Shown here piece by piece: positions 13,218 to 25,039 of a stretch of 64,000 nt of DNA (position 1 is the stretch's first letter; each line of letters opens with the position of its first letter). The translations under genes were made by a program, and so were the position numbers. This DNA is from Callorhinchus milii (taxonomy: Eukaryota), in the NCBI RefSeq assembly GCF_018977255.1, contig NW_024704743.1:30196001-30260000 (forward strand), read 5' to 3'. A model generated the notes under the pieces. The model did no database searches and was not told the DNA's origin. It was given only the letters and a program-made list of their open reading frames with translations.

Positions 13218-13331
13218 ATAATAATAATCCTTGCATTTGATATAGTGCCTTATCGCGTCTTCGAGACATCTCAAAGTGCTTCACAGAATATACTATAAAG
13301 TGAATTGACTGTGTGTTTTGTGGGCGAAACA
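13218..13331 (-). mobile_element. SINE 3' fragment
   Basis: ATAATAATCCTTGCATTTGATATAG...GTGAATTGACTGTG. Confidence 0.85.
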
Positions 13332-15279
13332 TAATAAAACAATAACATTCTCTTGTTTTACTGTCTTGCTACATCCTAGAGTATTGATCTGGGTTTACCT
13401 TTTCAATCCTATTTAAAATTTTGCACACTTTCCTGAGTTGGCTTCTCTCAAGACTGAAGAAACCTAACTTGTTTAATCATTGCTCATAGCTCATTCCTCT
13501 AACACTGGGGGTCATCCTCAGTGCTTTCCTCTGCACTGCCTCCAGAGCCTGGACAGCTTCCTTATGTCCCAGCGACCAGAACTCTATGCAGTTTGAAGAG
13601 TTTGATAATGTTTTTGATTCTGCGTATGTGACAGATCAAATCGAAATCCTTTGTGAAACAAATGCCACATTCCAAATGTTGTTGAAATAGCTAAAAGAGA
13701 AAAAGAAAATCTAATGCAATAAGATTTACATTTTTATAGCGCCTCTCATGTCAGTAGGATGATTCAAAGTGCTTAACACTGGGCACCCAAACTGGAAGTA
13801 GGAGTAAAGGAGGTGGGAAAGGAAATATGACCGAAGTATGGCCAAAGACATATGTCTTGAGAAGGAATAAAGTACAATGCATCGGCTAAATTTTCTGACG
13901 CAGTCAAAAAAAATGAGTTGAGACTATTCTCCCTTGTCTCTACCAACCGTGCTGAGACTATGAAAACAGTGCTGAGATTTAAGTATCCATGTTTATTCTG
14001 AGGGAATAGCTAGTGCAAAGCATTTGCCACAGTTGCTTTTAAACTGTAAATCCTTTTGGAAAAAAAAGAATGATTGTTTCATAAAATACAGCTGGTGAAA
14101 CAATACAGATGTTTGAGTGTCAGGACAACGTGTTCATTCAGACTTTCACACCAACCTCCTTTTGTGAAAAAGCAGGTGTTTCACCTTAAAAGAAATCTGT
14201 GCCTTCTCGAGAGGAAACAATTTTACTGTACCTGTAAATAATACTCAGATAGTCAGAAATATTTAGCAAATATTCAAAGTTTGAAATGGTTTGTATCTAG
14301 CTCACGGGAATATACCTTTTTTCTTTGTCTTAAGTTTAACTAATGGAAAAAGGTGCTGTAAATGTATTTCTCTCTGGAAGAGATGAGCATTGTTTAAAAA
14401 TGCACAGTAACATAGTGTGTTTTGACATTGCCCTTCCACCTCTAGGTCTAAGAGCTGTGCTGTCAAGAAAGATGAAAAAGAACCATGCCTGGCAACTGCA
14501 GGCTCATTAGCCTGACCTCAACAGTTGGAAAACTGATGGAATCAATTACACTTACTAATGCGAGAGAGATCCAACAACAACTTATATAACGCCCTCCACA
14601 CTGGGGGGTATCCAAGTGTACCAATGGCGGAGCCTGGTGCTGAGCCAGGGGGAGCGGGAAGGTGACTATAGGCAATCTAATGAGCCAGAATTTCTGGACA
14701 AGTGGAATTGTAATGCCAGTATTGGCATTTACTGACATTTTGAAAAAGGAGGTGAGGCTGCTCAGCAGGCGATGGCACCTGTTTAGGAGAGTTGAGCTGA
14801 CGAGAATCTACATGCACACGGGTCTGCGATGATATTCAAAAAANTGTTATGGTGTCAGGTCCAGTCCAGCAGGGTCAGAATTCCGGATTTGCTGCGGGTT
14901 TGCTCGAAAGAAAATGGAAGATGATCTGTATAAAAATAACTTACTAAATGACATCCAGCGTGGTTTCTGAAGAGATAGATATTGTCTGGGCAACGTCATA
15001 GATCTTTTTGAGAAGGCAACATCCCATTGATTGAGAAGCCATGTCATGCATCTGGCTCCATGAGCCCATCACCCTCTTCCTCGATCTGTTGCACTGGGAT
15101 CAAATTCAAGGTCCTCATTCTCACTTTCAAATCTGCATCGCAGCTTTGTGATTATACAACCCATCAAGATCCTCAGTCTCACTTTCAAATTGAACATTCT
15201 TGCAAAGAACATCACAATTATGTCAAATCCACCTGAACTGTGATGTGAGAATGTGATTGATTGTGATTGAATGTGATTC

Positions 15280-15735
15280 GCAGCGTAGATTTACTAGGTT
15301 AGTACCAGGGATGAAGGGGATGAGTTACGAGGATAGGCTGATCAATTTGGGCCTATATTCTCTAGAATATAGAAGAATTAGAGGGGATCTTATAGAAACC
15401 TATAAGATCATCAAAGGGCATGAGAGTGGAGATAGTGGGAGATTGTTTCCCCTGGTTGGAGAAACTAAAACCAGGCGTCACAACCTTAAAATCAGAGGCC
15501 AGCCCTTTCGCACTGAGTTGAGGAAGAAATTCTTCACTCAAAGGGTAATGAATGTATGGAACTTACTACCCCAAAGGGCTGTTGACCCTCAGTGCAAAAG
15601 GGATTAAGGGATATGGGGATAAGGCAGGGTTATGGTATTAGCTGGAGTTAGATTAGACGATCAGCCATGATTGAATGGCGGGGCAGGCTTGAAGGGTCGA
15701 ATGGCCTACTCCTGCTCCTACATGTTATGTTATGA
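15280..15735 (+). mobile_element. CR1 LINE 3' fragment with internal deletion
   Basis: QRRFTRLVPGMKGMSYEDRL...RIRGDLIETYKI; 3' end GAATGGCCTACTCCTGCTCC followed by (TTATG)n. Confidence 0.92.
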
Positions 15736-15799
15736 TTGGATACGAACGATGAGGTTAATTTGACTTGTGATAAGCACTGAACAATATTAAACCAATTAT

Positions 15800-15975
15800 G
15801 TAATAATCCTTGTATTTGATATAGTAGCCCATCACATCGTTGATACATCTCAAAGATTTCACAGAATATACTGTAAAGTGAATTGATTGTATATTTTGTG
15901 GGCGAAATGCGGCAGCCAGTTGCACACAGCAGTGTCCCACAAACAGTTGTTGATTGAGTGACCAAATTATTTTTT
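15800..15975 (-). mobile_element. SINE 3' half
   Basis: SINE core and (TAA)n tail. Confidence 0.85.
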
Positions 15976-16336
15976 TATTAGCATGCGGCCACTGAAACTT
16001 GGTTCTATGCATTTGTGTAAGTATAAGTGAGGCCCAGATGAATAAGCAGAAAATATCTGAGTAAATTCAGTACTTTAACTAAACAAAGTAGGAACAATCC
16101 TTAAAATGTATATTAAGTCTATAAATCGTAAAACAATATTTCACTCCTCTTTTATGAACCCTTTGCCCAAATGAGTTGTGGCACCGAAGGGCTCAGACAG
16201 TACAAATCCAGTATTCATCCCCTGGAACCATTCTCAAAGTGCTATGTAATGCTGAGAATAAAGCTGAAATTGAAATTTAGAGGAATTTTAGGGGGTTGAT
16301 CACATTAATTTAAATTTTGTCTGTTGGGTTTAGAAA

Positions 16337-16475
16337 AATAATAATAATCCTTGCATTTGATATAGTGCTTTTCACGTCTTCTAGACATCTCAAAGTGCTT
16401 CACAGAATATACTGGAAAGTGAATTGACTCTACATTTGTGGGCGAAATTCGGCAGCCAATTGCACACAGCAGTGT
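16337..16475 (-). mobile_element. SINE 3' fragment
   Basis: SINE core and (TAA)n tail. Confidence 0.85.
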
Positions 16476-16844
16476 GACCTGAAAAGCTTTTTTTAAAAAA
16501 AAGATTCTGCATACATAGGCGTAATTCAGAAAACACACAGAAGCCCTTTTTAAATTCTCTGTTCCATTAGTGCAATTCATTCAGACTTGGATTAATGCAA
16601 AAGAATGTTGAGGGTTACAAAAGGGTGAGAAACCCTTATGAATTTTCAACTGGGCTGCTTTCAACCCAAGTAAATTTGAATAAAACTTTTGCTGTTGAAG
16701 CTTACGCACAATGTGCTTCAACATCTTCTTATGCACAATCTGATCAGTGTGTGAGCATACAGAATCCCAAAGCTTGGAAAACTCCAACTGTAGGCTCAAG
16801 CAAGAGATATCATTTGATGTGGTGTCAGTGAGCAGAGCTGCCAT

Positions 16845-17285
16845 GTGGGTAGGGCAGAATCCATGATGTGGCTGTTTATGCACAGTCTGGGAAAACAGTG
16901 AGCTTGAAAGGTCCAAAAGCCCTTTATTGCTCCATACTTTACTGTATTGTTATTGTTCCCTGAGCATTGGTCTTCACAGAAAGACATCTTGGCTAATAAT
17001 GCCTTGCCAATCCTTTCAAACACTAGGGCTCAGTCCTTATGAATGTCTTGTATTATATGAAGACATTCCATGCACTGCAGCTTTCTGGCTTATGCTGTTT
17101 TCTGAACCCTCAAGTTCACAAAGTGATCTAGAGTTTCCAATAAATCTCAGGCTCCTGTGTTGGACATTTTTACAACATCTCCATTGAATTGCACAACCCT
17201 TAGGGCTATATTTTAACACTGCAGTTGTCAAAAAGAATCAGCATTTTTCTTATATATTACATTCACTTCACAATCAGAATCAATT
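16845..17285. repeat. Direct duplication, copy 1 (pairs with 19340-19775)
   Basis: Shared blocks such as TTTCAAACACTAGGGCTCAGTCCTTATGAATGT and AAGTGATCTAGAGTTTCCAATAAATCTCA. Confidence 0.9.
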
Positions 17286-18727
17286 TTGTTTTAGGACTAG
17301 CTCAGTGGTATTGCCGTGGGCTGCTTCGACATTCACATCCAAGGGCTACTCTTCCACATTATAACTCAGTGGAGGAAAGAATAACCCCCTCTGGCCTTTC
17401 CCCTAATTGCAATGTGCCAATTGTGACCTGACTCAACTGGCAAAGTTTTTGACAAGGATTCTGAAGTGCAGGGTGGGGGATGGTTGCTTTTTAACAACGG
17501 TTCCTATCTCGGTTCATAAATTATGTAAATATTCATTCTCATCATATCATCACTTAAATCAGTATATCCCCTGTCAATCAAGCAACTTGCTATTCACTTG
17601 GTATGCACCTGAAGCAGAATAAGATTTAAGATCAGCAAAATGTGCAACGCTTGATAAATGCAGCTCACGGGCGAACTTGCTGAAGGCAATAAGACACAAG
17701 TGCTGGTTTCTATCCACCGAGGGAGAGTTTTCATGTCACTAGCTGCAGTCACAGCAAATGCTTCTTTTGGACACTGGTAGAAGTGATCCCTGATACAAAG
17801 CACCATCTGCTTAACACCTACCATTGCCAGTACTGTATTAATGCAATAAATCTCACTAAACAGAATGTAAAGTCATCTGTTCTCTGGATCAGCTCTTCAA
17901 AAGCTTTTCATTGTGAAAGCTAAATCAAGGATAACAAACATATTTGAGGATGAAGAAACAATTTTTAATTATTTTCATTCTGGTACACTGAAACTTAAAG
18001 ATTCGACAGTGTATACTTCTGCAGGAATGCATATTACTGTGAAGGAAGAGCAGTAGTAGTGATGCTTAGTATCTAGACACTGGTTGGAGAATTCTGCCTA
18101 TCACTATACCCCCTTATTACTTTCCAATGTAAAGCACAGTACCATCTGGCAAATCTGCAAGCTAGGGCGATTAGAGTTTAGATGAAGGTGATATTTTTTC
18201 TGTGATGGACTTTCAATGCAAAACTATATTTTTCTGGAACGGCAACACAATAAATACGTTGTGAGCAGAATTCTATATTTTGGGAGAATTCTATATTTGT
18301 ACAGGGAGCAACTGGGATTTAGAAATCTGACATTGATAGTGTGGTGTTGATGCTGGGTGCAGAACAAGGCTGACAAACCGATATTAAGAATTTCATTTCT
18401 ACTGAGCTTCAGCATGCTTTGACATTGGTGACTAGAATCAAATAAGCCACACATAGCAGGAATGCAGCTATCCTCTCCCGAGATCCTAGAAATACAGCTA
18501 GAGGCAAGGTGGAAGCAGATATACAGGCACAGCACCTGAGCTGGCAAAAACATAAGAGGTAATAATAATACTAATCTTTGCATTTGATATAGCGCCTTAT
18601 TATTGAGACGTCTCAAAGCTCTTTACAGAATATACTATAAAGTGAATTGACTGTATTGTCAAAGTGAAATGAAATAGCCAGAAAATATACAAGATGTGAA
18701 CAGATTTATTAATCATGATATTATTAT

Positions 18728-19000
18728 TAATAATCCTAACATTTAATTAAGCACCATTCACGTTAAGAGAACTTTCAAAGCAATTCACAGGATATACTGT
18801 AAAGTGTAATGACTGTTTTGTGGGTGAATGTGGCAGCCAATTTGCACACAACAATATCCCACAAACAGCCATGAAACAAACAACCAATTTTATTTTGGAA
18901 ATTGCTGGCCAGGGCACTGGGAGGAACTCCTTTCCCTTTTTGAATAGTGCCCTGGAATCTTTCACTTCCATCTGAACAGGCAGACAGGCCTTGAGTCTCT
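18728..19000 (-). mobile_element. DeuSINE variant C
   Basis: TTGCTGGCCAGGGCACTGGGAGGAACTCC...TCCATCTGAACAGGCAGACAGGCC plus tail. Confidence 0.8.
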
Positions 19001-19339
19001 TGTGAAGGACCAATCTGCGGTTTATAGTAACCACCACAAATTTGTTATTGGTTTTCAGAAATTACACTTTTCCCTAAAATGACTTAAATGCTGATTTAAC
19101 TTTCTGGAAAGTTTCTTCCAGTGGTAACTGCCAAGCACCACCGTCTCCTATAAGCTACTCAGAAATGTTTGTGGGTGTTGCTGAACAACCAGTACTTGCA
19201 ATGCTTATTTGTGCTCCTGTACGGACTTCAGAATGTACCACATGAAGGCTGATGTGAGATGGGATGAATATTCCAGACTTCTGCTTGAATATGTTTGGAG
19301 ATTGAGCAGGATTTATGCAGAAATGTTCCACAGGAGATT

Positions 19340-19775
19340 GTGGGTAGGGTGGAATTCATGATGTGGTTGGTTGGTTATGCACAGTCTGGGAAAGCAGTGA
19401 GCTTGAAGCCCTTTCTTGTTCCATACTTTGTTATATTGTTATTGTTCCTTGTGCAGTGATGCTTGTAGAAAGGACAGCTTGACTAATGCCTCGCAAGCTC
19501 TTTCAAACACTAGGGCTCAGTCCTTATGAATGTGTCGTATTATATGAAGAAATTCCATACACTGCAGCTTTCTGGCTTATGCTACTTTCTGAACCTTTAC
19601 CCTCAAGTTCAGGAAGTGATCTAGAGTTTCCAATAAATCTCAACCTCCAGTGTTAGACATTTTAACAACATCTCCATTGAATTGCATAACCTTTAGGGCT
19701 ATATTTTAGCACTGCACCTGGAAAACACATATCCAGCATTTTTCTTTTGTTAGATTGACTTCAAAAAAAGAATTT
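19340..19775. repeat. Direct duplication, copy 2 (pairs with 16845-17285)
   Basis: Collinear with copy 1 apart from scattered substitutions and small indels. Confidence 0.9.
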
Positions 19776-19864
19776 TCTATCAATTACATTTGAAATTTAT
19801 TCCAGTGGCATAAGTCAGAAGGTTGTGGGGTCAGGCACCATTTGTTGACGTCTGACCAGAATAA

Positions 19865-20160
19865 AACTCGGTTTCGATTCCCGGTGCGAAAACTTTCCTT
19901 ATTCCACACACTCTGTTTGCCTAACAGTAAGTAGGAACCTGGGTATCAGTCAATTGGTGGATCGCTTATGGGATTCTTAAAAAAAAGTTTGGACACTCAG
20001 TCCATGACTGTTTGTGGGACACTGCTATGGCGTAATTGGCTGCCAATTTCGATGACAAAATACACAGTTAATCTACTTTACAATATATTCTGTAAAGCTC
20101 TTTGAGACATCTCAATGACGTGATTAGGTCCTATATAAAATGAAAGGATTATCATTATAT
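19865..20160 (+). mobile_element. tRNA-SINE variant B, degenerate
   Basis: B box GTTTCGATTCCC, then CTCTGTTTGCCTAACAGTAAGTAGGAACCTGG, core and tail. Confidence 0.8.
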
Positions 20161-20974
20161 TATAAATAATGGCTGACATCAGTACATACGTTATACAGTA
20201 ATACACACGCAAACCATGTGGAGTGCACACACTATTTGAATGCAGATTACAAGGACATCAGAGTAAAAGTGGCATCTGTGATATTATCCCTGGTGATAGT
20301 TATTACATCAACCAGAAAATGGGGTCAATAGCAGTCAGCAGCCCAGCGATAACCATTGATCACTCATTTTTGGTCACGTGATAATTCTTACTGATTCCAG
20401 TATTACATAATGAATAATAGCCCTTTCATTTGAATTAGCACCTTTCATATCGGGATGACCTCTGAAAGCACTTCACAGCCACTAAATGTCTAGGTGAACA
20501 TATATTTTACTCCCATTGGCTTCTTTTCAAATATAAGAAACACTATTACTGTGTAGACTGAAATGTTAAATGAATATAGATATTTTATTCAGAAACATAC
20601 AAGACCCATGCAATTTCAGACATGGGTGATTTGCTACCTTTTACAGTCTTCTTTGTGCAAAGACAGGAATTGACTGAGACATACACCAACCATACAATTC
20701 CAGACATGAGCAAACTGTTAACTTTCACTTGATAGATATGTAACAATAAAAAAAAGCTGCCATTGATAAATACTGATAAAGGTACTTACTCATTGTCTTA
20801 ATTTCTGATATAAAATGTGGATCATGTGCCTTAAGGGCTATCTACGAGTAAAATTCAGTGAGTCATTCAAAAACATTAATCTTGAAATGTTGTGGATAAG
20901 TTTTCTCCTGCACAGAGCCTACATAACCTGGTTTAGATATAAAATACACAAAAATAATGTTAGTTTAAAACCTC

Positions 20975-21299
20975 GGAGTCCTGTAGCTCAGTGGTTAGAG
21001 CACTCGCTTTGCAAGTGAGAGACCTGAGTTCAATTCCAGGCAGGCCAGGGCGAAACCTTGGGCAAGTTTCCTTACTCCACACAGAGCCTAATAATAATCC
21101 CTCCAAAAAAACTAAAAAAACAATAATTAAATTGGTCATTTTCAATCTACGACTGATTGTGGGACATTGCTGTGCGCAATTGGCTGCCGCGTTCGCCCAC
21201 AAATATACAGTCAATTCACTTTACAGTGTGTTCTGTGAAGCGCTTTGGGATGTCCTCCCGACGTGAAAAGCGCTATATCAAATGCAAGGATTATTATTA
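20975..21299 (+). mobile_element. Full-length young tRNA-derived SINE (variant A)
   Basis: Head GGAGTCCTGTAGCTCAGTGGTTAGAGC (A box), anticodon-like arm CTCGC-TTTGCAA-GTGAG (TGC, Ala-like), B box GTTCAATTCC, L2-like tail and (TTA)n. Confidence 0.95.
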
Positions 21300-21339
21300 C
21301 CCCTTATGTTTCCCAGCATTTCTTCAAATCCCACTTTTA

Positions 21340-21492
21340 ATAATAATAATAATCCTTTATTTGATATGGTGCCTTTTCATGTGGGGCCGATGTCTCAAAG
21401 CACCTCACAGGGTATACTGCAAAGTGTAGTGACTGTGTATTTGTAAGTAAACATGATAGCCAATTTGTGCACAGCAATGTCCCACTAAAAGC
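21340..21492 (-). mobile_element. SINE 3' fragment
   Basis: Core CAATTTGTGCACAGCAATGTCCCAC and (TAA)n tail. Confidence 0.8.
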
Positions 21493-21493
21493 C

Positions 21494-21737
21494 ATAATAA
21501 TAATATAATAATAATAATCCTGCATTTGATATAGCGCTTTTCACATCTTCTAGACGTCTCAAAGAGCTTCACAGAATATGCTGTGAAGTGAATTGACCGT
21601 ATATTTGTGTGCGAAACGCGGCAGCCAATTGCGCACAGCAGTGTCCCACAAACAGTCGTGGATTGAAAATGATCAATTTATTATTGTTTTGTTTTGGAGG
21701 GATTATTATTAGGCGTGTGGAGTAAGGAAACTTGCCA
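21494..21737 (-). mobile_element. SINE variant A lacking the tRNA head
   Basis: Near-identical reverse complement of 21060-21299. Confidence 0.92.
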
Positions 21738-21810
21738 TGAAGTGAACAGACATTTTATCTATCTTTTGGAAGGTGAGAACACCATCTGAAGGAAAATAAA
21801 ATCTTTTCAA

Positions 21811-22154
21811 GGCTTCAGATTCTGTTTTTCAAGCCAATGAAACACAGTCACATTGAAGACTGACTGATAGGGCTGCACGCCAGCTGTCAATCACTGGGTC
21901 TAAGTTAAGGTATTTCTTAACTGGATTGCTGGCTCCATGGGATAACCTGAGTATGTCATACTGACTCTGCAGAACACTATTTTGATGCATGTGGAAGTCC
22001 TGCAAGTGGACTGGGAACTCTGACCCGACTCCTCATTAAGGAATCCTGTTAAGAAATGCCGCAAATTAGACCCGGTGATTGACAGCTGGAATACAGTCCT
22101 GCCAATCTTTAAAGTGGCTGCTTTTCATTGGCTGCCAAACCAGAGTCTGAAGCC
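21811..22154. mobile_element. Fold-back / MITE-like element with long imperfect inverted arms
   Basis: GGCTTCAGA..AGCCAATGAAA pairs with TTTCATTGGCT..TCTGAAGCC; CCAGCTGTCAATCACTGGGTCTAA pairs with TTAGACCCGGTGATTGACAGCTGG. Confidence 0.75.
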
Positions 22155-22214
22155 AGTTAGGTGGTGCAGAATACTTACTGTTTAATAAAATGGAAATCCA
22201 GTCTTCCAACAATG

Positions 22215-22662
22215 GGATTCATCGCACCAGTCCTTGCCGGCTCCACTGGCTCCCAGTTATCCAATGAATCGATTTCAAGATCCTCCCACTCGTTTTCAAA
22301 TCCTTTCATGCCATTGCACCTCCCTACCTATCCGACCTGCCTACTTCCCCCACTCCACCACTCGCTACCTCCACTTGGCTGGCTCTAGCCTCCTGTTTGT
22401 CCCTCGTCCCTTCCGCTCCACCATCGGTGGCTGTGCCTTCAGTCACTACACCCCAAAACTCTGTAACTCTCTCCCTCAATCCCTTCGCCTTGCCCGCTCC
22501 CTCCGCAACTGCAAATCCCACCAAAAACCTTCTTTTTTGATCATGCTTACAGTCACCTCCACACTCCCTCTCTCCCTGGCTTGGTGTCAGCCTCCACCAC
22601 TGTCAAGCGCTCTGGGACGCTACCCTGCATGAAGGGTGCTATTGTTGTTACAAATTGTTGTT
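22215..22662 (+). mobile_element. L2 3' fragment
   Basis: CTCCACTGGCTCCCAG..CGATTTCAAGATCCTC; peptide STIGGCAFSHYTPKLCNSLPQSLR; (TTG)-like tail. Confidence 0.88.
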
Positions 22663-22862
22663 GGGGAAAAAAGATTTGGAAAAATATGGAATGTTAGGTT
22701 TTAAATTAAGAAACGAGGAACAAATAGAATTAATGGACATGAGCTAAGGAGGGTAGCAAATAACAAAAATATAAATACAATTTTTAAATGCAATTTAAAA
22801 ATATGAAAGTATGGAGAACAGAAGGAAGACACAATGGTAGCAAAAGTACAGATAATGGAATC

Positions 22863-23071
22863 AATTCCACCAGGTCTATTTATGTAGCATTTCAGAGCAT
22901 TCAGAATTTGGCAAATTCTTAAAGAATTTCTGTATGTTTCTGCAAGTTCTTTTAAGGCACTACAGATAATGAGCTTCAAATCTAAAACTGAATTCAACAG
23001 AATTTGCCAAATTCTCGATCCTCTAACTAAAACGCTGCATAAATAGAGTAAATCTAGACTCAGGTGGAATT
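22863..23071. mobile_element. Fold-back / MITE-like element
   Basis: AATTCCACC pairs with GGTGGAATT; TCTATTTATG with CATAAATAGA; AGAATTTGGCAAATTCT with AGAATTTGCCAAATTCT. Confidence 0.65.
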
Positions 23072-23264
23072 CCTCCTAAAATATTTTTAAAATGTTTCAT
23101 TTTTATTTAAAATTGATCTGGTTTGTACTTAGTTTGGTGTGTTAGGTTTTATATTTTGTTGATAAAGCTGCCTCGAAGTAATCTTTCGCTTATACGGAAA
23201 AGCTGATAATGCACAAAAGCTGCCTCCTTCAGAGTCCAGATATTTTTGGTTCCAAATTCAAACA

Positions 23265-23545
23265 TAATAATAATAATGCTTGCATTTGATATATCACCTT
23301 ACCATATTGTCAAAACATCTTCATAGGATTTTACACAATTTTTGTAGGTAGCCGTGACAGCCAATTTGCGCATAGCAGTGTCCCACAAAGAGCCATGTAA
23401 TGAATAAACGACCAATTTTTTTCTGGGGGATTGTTGGCAAGGACACCAGGAGAAACTCCCCTCTCTTTTCAAATAGTGCTATGGGATCTATAATGTTCAC
23501 CTGAACACAAAGATGGGACCTCGGTTTAACCTTCCCATCCAAAAT
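23265..23545 (-). mobile_element. DeuSINE variant C
   Basis: GGACACCAGGAGAAACTCCC..ATGGGATCT..GGGACCTCGGTTTAAC. Confidence 0.82.
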
Positions 23546-23809
23546 TCTGGATCCTCTAAAACACTATATTAAATAAGATAAATCTAGATCCAGATGAAAC
23601 GTCTCCCCAAATGTTTAAGAATCAACATAAATAACAAGGTTCTTTCTCCCCTCTCTTCCCTTTCTCCACCGAGCTCAGAGTCAAGACCACTCCCTTATAA
23701 TTGACATCAAACCATTGAGTAATTATTTATTCAGTTTAGGGTAGCAATAAACGTTGTCAAAGGCAAGTCCTTCCTGGAAAGCATGCTGCTCAGCTTTGAT
23801 AACGACCAA

Positions 23810-24183
23810 CAATCCCCCAAATAAAATTGGCCCTTGTTCTGTGGCAGTTAGTGGGACATTGCTGTGCGCAAATTGGCTGCCATGTTCACTCACATAATAC
23901 GGAGTCACACCACTTTTCAGCGTATCCTGTGATGCCAATTGAGATGTCTCAATGACGTGATAAGGTGTATTGAATGCAAAGGTTATTATTATTATAGAAT
24001 AAAACTAGTGATTTACAAACTGTCTTGAGTTTCTTTGCCTCTCACTAATGTTTCTTAATCAAAGTTAAAATGGGATTTTCTATTCTGTAATTATAATAAT
24101 TCTTGTATTTGATGTAACGCAATTGATATAGTGCCTTATCACATCTTCAAAATGTCTCAAAGCGCTTCACAGAATATACTGTA
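23810..24183. mobile_element. Two SINE 3' fragments (+ 23810-23993; - 24090-24183)
   Basis: SINE cores and (TTA)n tails in opposite orientations. Confidence 0.78.
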
Positions 24184-24511
24184 GGTGCAGTTGGAGAAGA
24201 AGCTGAGTAGGGTCTGTATTTCTACTGATCTTTATTAACGAGTGTCAGTAAAGTTTTAATAATTAAAACTCTTGATGTAAGAACATTTTCTTGAGTAGAA
24301 GATGCTTTTGGCAATTGACCTTGTATGAGTTAATAGTTTTCTTATCTTATCAGTCTTTAAATGTTCAGCAGTGGGATGTGGGATGTTCAGCAGTTACCAG
24401 CAGGAGGCAGCATCCCTCTTCAGGAAAGAGCTTTGTTCTTCACAGGCCTGAGTGCTAACATTCAGTTTGATTCTGAAGTGAGCACTTTAAATTTGTAAAT
24501 CTCAACTACTT

Positions 24512-24745
24512 ACCTGGTTGTTAGTCGAATGGCGGATCGCTTTTCCGGGAGTAAAAATTCCTTCAAAACTAAAATAATAATAATTTGGTCACTGAATCTA
24601 GGACTCTTTGTGGGACACAACCGTGTGCAATTGGATACCGTGTTTCGCCCACAAGACATACAGTCAATTCACTTTACAGTATATCATATGAAGCACTTTG
24701 AGATGTCTCAAAGACGTTATAAGGCGCTAAATCAAATGCTAGGAT
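24512..24745 (+). mobile_element. SINE variant B, 5'-truncated
   Basis: CCTGGTTGTTAGTCGAATGGCGGATCGCTTTTCCGGG plus core. Confidence 0.82.
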
Positions 24746-25039
24746 TTTTTTGGGTGGGTTTCTGAGTGTCAGGCATCCAGCTGACCAAAAAAATTAATTA
24801 AAAGCTATAGATAACTACTGTTGCTGGGTATGAAAATCACTATGTGAATATCCCTAACTGGAGACTAAGAAATGCACTTATTTTATTTGCAATATTTCTC
24901 TGTGCAGACCTGATCCCAGGTAGCTAGTACAACATTTGTACTGCTAGAAGCCCTTTTCCTATTGAAAGGAGCCTTAATGACCATTGGCTGGATTGGTATC
25001 TGAAAGTTGAGGACCAGGGGTGACATATTCAATAAACCT

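Noticed and set aside
20975..21050. tRNA-Ala(TGC)-like gene, also at 27138-27481, 57413 and 60115-60444
   Set aside because: No complete acceptor stem or Pol III terminator; each continues directly into a SINE body, so these are SINE heads.
21157..21429. Recurring short ORFs (WDIAVRNWLPRSPTNIQSIHF..KCKDYYY) that look like a peptide family
   Set aside because: They are translations of the SINE; the poly-Y and poly-I runs come from the (TTA)n tail.
24506..24517. ACTTACCTGG, resembling the U1 snRNA 5' end
   Set aside because: The match is limited to about 10 nt and the sequence continues as SINE variant B.
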